From the NCBI GenBank assembly GCA_040399925.1, contig JBBARF010000002.1:3213-67212 (forward strand): a stretch of 64,000 nt of DNA, given 5' to 3'. Source of the stretch: Bacteriovoracaceae bacterium (GTDB lineage Bacteria > Bdellovibrionota > Bacteriovoracia > Bacteriovoracales > Bacteriovoracaceae). Positions within the stretch are counted from its first letter, which is position 1. Each line of letters opens with the position of its first letter. The translations under genes were made by a program, and so were the position numbers. This document shows positions 8,027 through 15,622 of this stretch, in pieces. The notes under the pieces are model-generated. The model was given only the letters and a program-made list of their open reading frames with translations. It was not told where the DNA came from and ran no database searches.

Positions 8027-9942
8027 TGAAATTTTCCATTGCATTTCTAGTTTGTTTAATCAGCGGTAATGTCTTTTCTTTAGCCGGAAATTCTTTGACT
8101 TGGCAAAAACTTGCTTTGGAAGAAAAAGTCCAGTCTAAGTATAATTCAACTATTTCAGCGCTCCTAAAAGATAACCAGTATATGGTTGATGTTGAAGTTG
8201 AAGTCTCTGAACCAGCTGCTCCTAATTTCGGAAATAATGGACATAAAGGTGGACCACGCGTTTCAGATCTTTCAATGGCCGAAGCTAGAGGCGATTACAT
8301 CGCATTCTCTAAAATGGGGCTTGAAGTTCCAGTGGTCGAAAAATTTCTTGATGAAGACCGCACAAAGCTGATGAACCTTTATCGTTTTAACGAAACCTAT
8401 GATGTCTTTAAGAGCATTAACTCACTTAATATTACTGTTTATCTTAGTGATAAGATTACTTCAGACCTCGCAGAGATTGTTAAAAAAGTTGTTGGAAATA
8501 CCAGAATCTCTGTCTCTGGAATTAAGCCAAAAATTAAATTCGAAAGTATCACGATGGAATGGGTCGATCCTGCTCTGAAAAAAATCGCTGATGATAAAAA
8601 ACTAGAGAAAAAACCTGAAGAGCAAGAACCAAAAATTTGGGCAAAGGATTGGTACGAATGGGCTTCTCGCTGGGGAAATGCAGTTGGTCTCATTCTTGGA
8701 GCTCTCATTATCAGCCTCATCGCTCTGTCACTTTTTAAGCAATGGAAAGCTTTTATGGAGAAATTTGCAGCTCAGGCCAATCAACCAAAGCCTGAGGAGA
8801 AGAAAGAAGAAGATGAGAAAGAAGAGGAACTTGCTACTGCACAAGCAACGAATATACCTAAAGAGGAAGAAGAGATGGCAGCTTCACACGATTTCGAAAG
8901 ATTCCAGCAGTGTCTTGAACAGCATTCAGATGAAGCTGTTAACATGGTGAGAAATTGGTTGAACGAGGACGAGGAAGCGTCTCTCTTGGCGCTACGTGGA
9001 GTAGCTCAACAGGTGAATGCTGCAGATATGGAAAAACTAATGGCGGGTTTGTCATCTGAGCAACGTGATAAGTGGAAAAATCTGATCCATCATCTTGAAC
9101 CCAAAGACTTAGTTACTGCTAACAAGCACATCTTTCAAGAAGTGATTCGTTATTTCTTAGTTCCAACAAAGATCAAAGATGGTGAGCTCCTAAATCTCAT
9201 CATGGAACTTAACTCCAAAGCAACCTTTGAATTCATCAATGCTAATAAAATCCATACTGGTGCGATGATGAACTTATTAAATCCAGTCATCGTTGGAAAG
9301 ATTCTAGCTGAAGTTGATGACGACACTGCTGACAACTGGCTAGCGTTAGGCGCTCAGTTTGACATTAAGAGAATGGATGAAGTGCTTCCGACTCTCAAAG
9401 AGGCCCTCCGTGCCCACAAAGAGGCCAATGGTCCGGCTCCGTTTGCTCAACGAATCATGACAATGATCCCGACATCATCTCCGAAAAGAGAAGGAGTTCT
9501 TTTTAGAGCTCTGGCCAAAGCTGGCAATGCTGGAATGGTGACAGAAGTCGCCAAACGCCACTTTCCGAGTGAGCTTATCTTAGAACTTCCGGTTCCTTTT
9601 CTAAAAGAAGTTCTACAGTCTTATCCGATTTCAAAAAGGGTAGAGTTTTTACAAAGTCGTCCGGAAGATGTCCGAGCAAATTTGATTGATATACTTGCTG
9701 AAACTGGTACACCGGCACGGGACATGCTCGACATGGAACTTGAAAATATTTCCCATGACGCTTCTAAGCTCCAATCCATATCTGATCGTAGTGAAGATAT
9801 TTGGTACGACTTTGTTAAGCTTTCGAGAATGAGTCTAAGTAAAAATTCTTCTTATGCCACGATCTTAAATCAGCTCATTCAAGAATGGAGCTCTCAGCTT
9901 CAAGGTAAGCTTCAGTCGATTAAGGGTGGAAAAGCCGCATAG
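8023..9942 (+). CDS. Putative natural FliF-FliG fusion: signal peptide, FliF RBM3/SpoIIIAG-like ring motif, TM helix, FliF C-tail, FliG N/M/C domains
   Basis: Segments match the FliF/FliG consensus patterns in the correct order: LEEKVQSKY..LL...VDVEVEV; INSLNITVYL..IVKKVVG; TM AVGLILGALIISLIALSLF; HSDEAVNMVRNWLNE; FPSELILELPVPFLKEVLQSY; ARDMLDMELENI. Confidence 0.75.
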   Translation: MMKFSIAFLVCLISGNVFSLAGNSLTWQKLALEEKVQSKYNSTISALLKDNQYMVDVEVEVSEPAAPNFGNNGHKGGPRVSDLSMAEARGDYIAFSKMGLEVPVVEKFLDEDRTKLMNLYRFNETYDVFKSINSLNITVYLSDKITSDLAEIVKKVVGNTRISVSGIKPKIKFESITMEWVDPALKKIADDKKLEKKPEEQEPKIWAKDWYEWASRWGNAVGLILGALIISLIALSLFKQWKAFMEKFAAQANQPKPEEKKEEDEKEEELATAQATNIPKEEEEMAASHDFERFQQCLEQHSDEAVNMVRNWLNEDEEASLLALRGVAQQVNAADMEKLMAGLSSEQRDKWKNLIHHLEPKDLVTANKHIFQEVIRYFLVPTKIKDGELLNLIMELNSKATFEFINANKIHTGAMMNLLNPVIVGKILAEVDDDTADNWLALGAQFDIKRMDEVLPTLKEALRAHKEANGPAPFAQRIMTMIPTSSPKREGVLFRALAKAGNAGMVTEVAKRHFPSELILELPVPFLKEVLQSYPISKRVEFLQSRPEDVRANLIDILAETGTPARDMLDMELENISHDASKLQSISDRSEDIWYDFVKLSRMSLSKNSSYATILNQLIQEWSSQLQGKLQSIKGGKAA

Positions 9943-9967
9943 GTGGCAATCTCTACCATCTTTTTTT
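9942..9967 (+). terminator. Weak Rho-independent terminator candidate
   Basis: GGTGG-caatct-CTACC stem (one G-U pair) followed by ATC and T7, directly after the stop codon. Confidence 0.4.
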
Positions 9968-10025
9968 ACCTCATAGGCTATTCTAGAATGGTAATTGCTA
10001 CAGCTCACCAATGACAGGAGGTCTT

Positions 10026-10526
10026 GTGAGAGGTCCAGATTCAAATGCTATTGAAAATACTCAAAAAACACCTGACAAAGAAAAAAGTGCTCAAACGGTT
10101 TATGACTGGAAAGTCGTTCTTGATAAAGGTCTAGGTGATGATAAGAATGTCATCTACCAAGAAAAAGCATGGGCCCAATTATGTTCTAAGATGCGTGAGG
10201 CGTGCCCTGAAACAAATTGGTATGCGATCTCGGAGCGGGTCGAAAAATGCACACCTGACAGAGCAGTGACGATTGATGCGATAGGAAAATGGCTTAATAA
10301 TCTCCTTGCCTCATCTGAATGGCCTTTTCCCGAAAAAATTATTCTGGTTTCTGTTCAAAGACCAACACCGAGTTGGAAAATTATCTTTGAAGGTAATTAC
10401 AAAAAGCTCCCTTTTACGAATCCTCCCTTAAGTTTATCAGTCATCCCTTTTCGGGATAAATTCTCTTCTGGCTGGACTATCCACGAAATAGATTCATATA
10501 ACATTAGCAAAGTTGGCGAAGCATGA
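10026..10526 (+). CDS. Hypothetical cytoplasmic protein
   Basis: AGGAGG at 10016-10021 favours GTG10026 over ATG10011; 4-bp overlap with the next gene; no family recognised. Confidence 0.65.
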   Translation: MRGPDSNAIENTQKTPDKEKSAQTVYDWKVVLDKGLGDDKNVIYQEKAWAQLCSKMREACPETNWYAISERVEKCTPDRAVTIDAIGKWLNNLLASSEWPFPEKIILVSVQRPTPSWKIIFEGNYKKLPFTNPPLSLSVIPFRDKFSSGWTIHEIDSYNISKVGEA

Positions 10527-11743
10527 AATCTTGTTTTATTTTGATTTTGTGTCTATTTTTTATACCTTTATCCCATGGCTCGAATCCATCTTTGACTAAC
10601 CTGCTTAAAACCATCGATGGAAAAATTAAGCATGATGAAAAGATTAAAAAAACAGCAGCCAATGAAACTAAATCAGTTTCAATCCCCTGGGGAATTGTAG
10701 ATCGGCGCGAGAGAAATCTTTGGACCTCTATAGTTTACGCTTACGATCACTTGAAAAATTTTTCTGCCACTGAAAGATATAATTTTATGTATGAGGCGAT
10801 GCGTGCCACTTCTTTTGGTCACCCAAAAAGAGTCTATGCTCTTAAAGCATGGATTAAAAAAGAAGATGCTCGTATGGTAAGCAGAGGCATGCCAGCGAAT
10901 TTCTATCTAAATTGGACTAAGCATGTTTTCTCCATTAATAAAGCCATTGATGAAGTCGGTGCTCCTCGTCCAACTGTTAATATACAAAAAACAGAATTAG
11001 GAATGGGCCCTGAAACGATAAGCTTCATTAAAAACCTTCGCGCTCAAATTGATCAGATCAAACCTGAAGCCTCTAAAGAAAAGTTTTCAATAGGTGAAAA
11101 AGTCGCTGAAAAGAAATCAAGCGCTTCTTTACCGATAAATGTTTTAATGTCGACGGTACTTCTTTCAATCTTGGGTTTTTACTTTGGAAGAAAAAGCAAG
11201 CCTGCGAAAGTGATCATTAAAACGATCAAGGTTCCGGTTCCTAAAGAAAAGACTGAGGTGACACCTGTTATTGAGGCCCAAGCGGCGCAGGTAAGTTTAG
11301 AGCAAGAATTTCACAAGTTATTAACTGAAAACTATCATCTGTTAGAAGTTGCGCAGATTAATGTCAACTTGGGGAATCGCAGTCCTTTCAATAGTGATGT
11401 GAATGCACCTCGAGAGTCTGTGTATGAGGCCCTTAAATGGCTTTTAAAAGGGACTATCGCTATCGCTAATACAAGTGGTTCAAGAGTGTCTCATATGGAA
11501 TGGAACTGTAAAGAAAGCCAAGGCAGAGTAACATTTCAATTCACTCTTCACGGAATTGAGTGTGATAATGATTCCCTCTATATGAATGCCCTGATAGATG
11601 GTGAAAACTCAGCTCCGGCCCACTTTGGAAGAAGTGAGCAGGCATTATCTGGGCATCTACCTTTGATTCAGTTCACATCAGGCAACCGTAAGACGAGTGT
11701 TTCTTTAGGACTGGATTCAATTAGATCTTCAATGAATCAATAA
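10523..11743 (+). CDS. Membrane protein: signal peptide, periplasmic domain, one TM helix, degenerate HATPase_c (GHKL)-like cytoplasmic domain
   Basis: N-terminal signal; TM INVLMSTVLLSILGFYFG; C-terminal helix-strand order (YEALKWLLKGTI...VTFQFTLHGIE...TSVSLGL) mimics HATPase_c, but N-box, G-boxes and H-box are missing. Confidence 0.55.
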   Translation: MKSCFILILCLFFIPLSHGSNPSLTNLLKTIDGKIKHDEKIKKTAANETKSVSIPWGIVDRRERNLWTSIVYAYDHLKNFSATERYNFMYEAMRATSFGHPKRVYALKAWIKKEDARMVSRGMPANFYLNWTKHVFSINKAIDEVGAPRPTVNIQKTELGMGPETISFIKNLRAQIDQIKPEASKEKFSIGEKVAEKKSSASLPINVLMSTVLLSILGFYFGRKSKPAKVIIKTIKVPVPKEKTEVTPVIEAQAAQVSLEQEFHKLLTENYHLLEVAQINVNLGNRSPFNSDVNAPRESVYEALKWLLKGTIAIANTSGSRVSHMEWNCKESQGRVTFQFTLHGIECDNDSLYMNALIDGENSAPAHFGRSEQALSGHLPLIQFTSGNRKTSVSLGLDSIRSSMNQ

Positions 11744-11750
11744 TATAAAA

Positions 11751-11783
11751 AAAGCCCCTAGGAATGATTCCGAGAGGTTTTAT
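11751..11783. terminator. Bidirectional terminator candidate between convergent genes
   Basis: A-tract, imperfect stem GCCCCTAGGAA-tga-TTCCGAGAGGT, then T-rich tract. Confidence 0.5.
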
Positions 11784-12182
11784 TTATTGATCTTGTTTGA
11801 AAATATAGGCATCAGCTGAATTGTCTGCTCCTTCACCATCTTGGAACAAAGCACCCGCTCTTATCTTACCGTTGTGTTTGGCGATAGGTTCTAAGACTCT
11901 AATCACGGCACGTCGGTTAAGCTTCGCAATTTCTCTAGGTGACACTCCATTTTTTGCTTCCATCTTATATTCGGCCACTGGTTCTCGATCTCCCTTGGCC
12001 AAAGCAACGAGGTATTCAGTCTTAAATCCGAAGTATTCAAACCTTGCAATGACTTGAGCCGCTCTGGCAGCACTCAAGGACCAGTGGTTCATATTACCAG
12101 CAATTAAGGATTCATTCTTATCTGCGTGGCCTTCAATGAGAATTCGATACTCAGTGTGATGGGCCTTAATCATCTCAATCAG
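11784..12182 (-). pseudogene. motB: 5'-truncated MotB (OmpA-like peptidoglycan-binding domain only)
   Basis: ILIEGHAD...NHWSLSAARAAQV...LVALAKGDREPV...NRRAVI is the MotB/OmpA C-terminal signature. There is no TM or plug region, and the frame is closed by TGA at 12216-12218 inside the neighbouring GT gene. Confidence 0.8.
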
Positions 12183-13054
12183 CCCATGGCCTCGAGAACT
12201 ACTCGACCGAATTCTTCAATGCGGGCCGGGAGGACGAAGAGGTCGATAGCATTATAGAAATTTTGAATGTCATCAAGGGATGGCTGAAACTTTACCACGG
12301 AGTCGAGATTTTTAGTTGTGATGAGATCACGGAAAGGTCCGGGCTCATCTTTACCGATAATTCGCACATCAATTTTTTGAAGGGTTTCGGGTTTGAGTTT
12401 GGCCAGAGCTTCAACAAAAATATCAAGCCCACGTTTTTTAAAATTTCCCGACGTGATGAGACTCACCACGATTTTATCGGTGAAACCAAAACGCTTGCGC
12501 TGAAATTGTTTTTCCTGTTTTGAGAGGGGAAAAAACATTTTGGTATCAAGGGCCGGATAGATGACCTGAATTTTTTCTGCCGGTACTCCAAAACGTTTGA
12601 TGGTGTCGTTTTTCATTAGCTTGGAATTTGCGATCATGTAACGGAAGCTTTGATTCTTGAGCAGTGGTCCGTGAGTCAGGGCCATCTCGTGATCAGCCGG
12701 TAGAGCTTTGTTATTGATGAGTTCAGAGGCGTAGAACACACAGTTATGGAGAGTCACCACGTCCTGATCTTGGATGTCTCCGTGACCGACGGTGATAGTG
12801 GGACTCAGTTTTTGGCGAAGGTTTTGCACTTGCCAGTTATACCAACGGCGGCGAGTGATGCCGGTGCTTTTGAGCCATGGGAGCATTTTATGAGGGATGA
12901 CTGAGATCGATTTTAAGGCATCTTTGTCCATGGTCATAGCGGCGACATGAACGACGTAACCCTTAGATTGAAAATAACGAATATTTTCAAACGCGGTTCG
13001 GGCGGAACCGGAGTTCTTGTGGAGTTGGAGCATGCAGATGAGGGCGGTTTTCAT
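12179..13054 (-). pseudogene. GT4 (WaaG/RfaG-like) glycosyltransferase, 3'-truncated
   Basis: GT-B motifs KRGLDIF and FVLPARIEEFGRVVLEAMG. The ORF stops immediately after the E-x7-E motif, where intact GT4 enzymes continue (G.PV...) for tens of residues. Confidence 0.8.
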
Positions 13055-13095
13055 ACTGTTAATATGTCACCGTTCTGAAGCAAATTCAAAGATAA

Positions 13096-13407
13096 TTAGG
13101 CGGCGTTTTTAATCGCTGCGGTAATTTTGAGTAGTGTTTCAATGTTGTAGTTTGATCCTGCAGCAACACGGCGAATTGTAGCAATGGGAAGTTTTGAAAT
13201 TCTCGAGAGTTCGTCTTTGTTGATGATGCTTAGGTAACCCATAATTATTTCTTGAAATGCTTCTCTGTCGCCTTCCATGAGGGCCTGTGACAATGCCAAA
13301 GTTACCTTCTCTTCACTTCGGGAAAAATCTTTAGGAGTTATCTTAAACAACTTCACGTTTTTCTTTAATTTGAGAGGCTTCATCATTTTGATATTAAACT
13401 TTGTCAT
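13096..13407 (-). CDS. HTH antitoxin-like protein (HI1420/addiction-module antidote type), no adjacent toxin
   Basis: ALSQALMEGDREAF...ELSRISKL..ATIRRVAAGSNYNIETLLKI resembles the antidote-family HTH. Confidence 0.65.
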   Translation of the reverse strand: MTKFNIKMMKPLKLKKNVKLFKITPKDFSRSEEKVTLALSQALMEGDREAFQEIIMGYLSIINKDELSRISKLPIATIRRVAAGSNYNIETLLKITAAIKNAA

Positions 13408-13440
13408 TATGATTCCTCGGATACGTATTTGATTATTAGT

Positions 13441-13487
13441 TTTCTAATGATCTTGAATATTTCATATGAAGACTTTGAATGCTTATC
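13441..13487. repeat. 47-bp imperfect direct repeat, copy 1
   Basis: 42/47 identical to 15820-15866 by manual alignment; contains the ATG and upstream region of a truncated paralog (MKYSRSLEN*). Confidence 0.85.
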
Positions 13488-13511
13488 AATTTTACTTTAA
13501 ATAAAATTCTT

Positions 13512-13556
13512 AAAAAAAACTATGTCCAAAAGGTACATGGCACCTTTTGGACATAG
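13512..13556 (-). terminator. 15-bp perfect hairpin followed by U8 on the minus strand
   Basis: CTATGTCCAAAAGGT-acatggc-ACCTTTTGGACATAG (13520-13556), with A8 at 13512-13519. Confidence 0.65.
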
Positions 13557-13674
13557 AGACCTTACGACCTAGGATGTTTTCCAAGTATGAAAAGAAACGA
13601 CAGAGTCTTAAGTGAGAGGATTTCTTTTTGATAGATGTGAGATATTGCAATTAAGCCATTGATATTAATGATTA

Positions 13675-13716
13675 TTGATAATAATACAAAGATGGTATAT
13701 ACTATATGTGTATATA
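13675..13716 (+). promoter_or_regulatory. Sigma70-type promoter with overlapping palindromic operator
   Basis: TTGATA(13675)-17 nt-TATACT(13698); inverted repeat TATATAC-N7-GTATATA (13696-13716) overlaps the -10 box. Confidence 0.6.
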
Positions 13717-13733
13717 TCAGATTGGGACAAGGT

Positions 13734-14069
13734 ATGAATCCAAATCTGCCAATACACCGTCAACGCTTGACCACTGATCGACGAGGTTGAATTTGTAAAA
13801 TTGAAGTTAGTATTGAGCAGACTGCTGACTCGAATATCTATCAACCAGATGGTCAAAAATGTGTTTTTAAAGTTTTGAGAGAAAAGTTAAAAGGCGAAGA
13901 AGAATTTGAAATTGTTCTCTTAATTGATAGTCACAGTCCTTTTGGATTTCATAATCACTCAAAGCTACCGCTGAATCATGAAGTTCGAGAAACCATCCAT
14001 GCATCAAATTGGATCGAAGCGTGGCATATATTCGATAAGAAAGTTAGGGAGCTATTGGATGAAGCTTAA
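13734..14069 (+). pseudogene. DUF6516/TumE-like toxin candidate interrupted by an in-frame TGA at 13788-13790
   Basis: ATG13734 is in frame with the track ORF 13875-14069; a single TGA separates MNPNLPIHRQRLTTDRRG from ICKIEVSI...IDSHSPFGFHNH. It sits upstream of an HVO_A0114-type gene, the usual pairing. Confidence 0.6.
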
Positions 14070-14499
14070 AATTTTAAATGTCATTTTTTCTAGTCATGAT
14101 GAATTCATGGGAGAATTAAAAGAAGCTTTATTCAATGGTAAAAACTCAAATGAAGCGAATCAAACTCTTTCGTTTGATAGTTTTGAAACATTCAAAAGGT
14201 TGATGACGGCCAATAAACTTGAAATTTTAATGGCGATAGCGAGAATAAAGCCGACCTCAATAAATCAACTATCAAAAATTTTGAATCGTGAATATCCTCA
14301 TGTCTTAAAGGACTGTAACTCACTTCTCAATTTGGGATTCATTAAATTAGAAATAGTTGAGAGTGCAAGAAAACAGTTTGTGCCAAAACTTGCTTTTGAC
14401 TACGACATCATTGTTGTGAAATCCCGCATAGAAGAAATATTTTCCATTTCTGAAAAATCTAACAAGGTACTCTTAATGGCGAGAGTGAATAATTTATGA
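14059..14499 (+). CDS. HVO_A0114-family (MarR-like wHTH) DNA-binding protein, putative antitoxin
   Basis: TLSFDSFETFKRLMTANKLEILMAI..IKPTSINQLSKILNREYPHVLKDCNSLLNLGFI; GGGAG at 14047 supports ATG14059. Confidence 0.75.
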   Translation: MKLKILNVIFSSHDEFMGELKEALFNGKNSNEANQTLSFDSFETFKRLMTANKLEILMAIARIKPTSINQLSKILNREYPHVLKDCNSLLNLGFIKLEIVESARKQFVPKLAFDYDIIVVKSRIEEIFSISEKSNKVLLMARVNNL

Positions 14500-15101
14500 A
14501 AAAGAAATTAGAAGTCATAAAGACTAAGCCAAATGATAAAAAAATGATCTATCGCTTGAGAATTAGTCTTGATGAAACTGAACCCGAGGTCTGGAGACGC
14601 CTTCTTGTTCCGGGAAAGCTTAGCTTGGAGAAGCTGCATCTTATTTTTCAAATAGTCATGGGATGGGAGAATTCGCATCTCCATGAATTTAAGATTCACT
14701 CTAAAAGATATATTAATCCGCTGAATGATCCAGATGCTATTTACTCCTTCCCGCCATCTTTTGATGAAAGGAAAGTCAAAATCGCTGATGTTTTAAGTAA
14801 AAAAGATCGATTCACTTACGATTACGACTTTGGAGATAATTGGTCTCATTCAGTAGTCGTTGAGGATGTTCTAAGTCCAAATGAGATTTTTACCTATCCT
14901 GTTTGCCTCGACGGTGCGAATGCCTGTCCCCCCGAAGATAGTGGAGGCATTCATGGGTACTATGCCCTATTGGAAGATCTGGCACAGGAAGATTCAAAAG
15001 AGCATGAGAATGCGATGGCATGGGTCGGTGGGCAGTTTAATCCAAGTTCTTTTGATGCAAACCGAATCAATAGAGATGTCCTTTGGCTGTTGAAATGGTG
15101 A
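14496..15101 (+). CDS. Plasmid pRiA4b ORF-3 family protein
   Basis: Signature motifs VWRRLLVP..LSLEKLH, MGWENSHLHEF, YDYDFGDNW, GANACPPEDSGG. Confidence 0.9.
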   Translation: MKKKLEVIKTKPNDKKMIYRLRISLDETEPEVWRRLLVPGKLSLEKLHLIFQIVMGWENSHLHEFKIHSKRYINPLNDPDAIYSFPPSFDERKVKIADVLSKKDRFTYDYDFGDNWSHSVVVEDVLSPNEIFTYPVCLDGANACPPEDSGGIHGYYALLEDLAQEDSKEHENAMAWVGGQFNPSSFDANRINRDVLWLLKW

Positions 15102-15124
15102 CTTTTTAAACGAGCTCTATCATT

Positions 15125-15524
15125 TTATCTAAACTTTGAAAGTTTTCTACCTCTAGGTACTTCTTCAAACATGCTCAAAAACGCATTCGCTCTAGGAATT
15201 AACTTCGGAGAGCTTCCTTTCTTTTGGATTTTGTTGGTTGAAAATTTTTCAAGAGTTTTTAAGAGATACGCTTGTTCATAGAGTTTAAGATAATGTTTTA
15301 CGAGATCGACGTTTACCCCTCCTGGAGTTGACCTAAAAATTTATTAAGGCTTAAGACCTCTCCCGCATGTAAACAGGCCACTTCGTCCTAAGCCATTCAG
15401 GTTTTGAACTAAATACGGAATCAGCATTTTCATAAATGAAATGACGAAGGCCTAGGATAACTTGGATAAACCTAGTTTCTTCTAACAGGACTTGCTTTAA
15501 GTGAGATACAAAAGGTCTCTTCAT
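15125..15524 (-). pseudogene. Decayed AAA_14/DUF4143-type ATP-binding protein
   Basis: Three out-of-frame fragments: MKRPFVSHLKQVLLEETRFIQVILGLR (start of Walker A, broken), ACLHAGEVLSLNKFLGQLQ, and NVDLVKHYLKLYEQAYLLKTLEKFSTNKIQKKGSSPKL. Confidence 0.7.
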
Positions 15525-15622
15525 AAAATAGTAGGACAAGCTACTATTTTTAGTAGGTCAACCTATCAAAAAAGAATAGCTCTGGTTTAATTGATTAAAT
15601 ACAGGTGTTTGGGGTGTCTTTT

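Noticed and set aside
12173-12218. Programmed frameshift producing a GT4-MotB fusion
   Set aside because: No slippery heptamer or stimulatory structure at the junction; both halves are incomplete domains, and the MotB frame closes at 12216.
13538-13553. Sigma54-like TGGCAC element
   Set aside because: The required -12 GC is absent; the sequence is explained by the hairpin.
13788-13790. TGA recoding (genetic code 4/25 or selenocysteine)
   Set aside because: TGA terminates many well-defined genes here, and there is no SECIS-like context.
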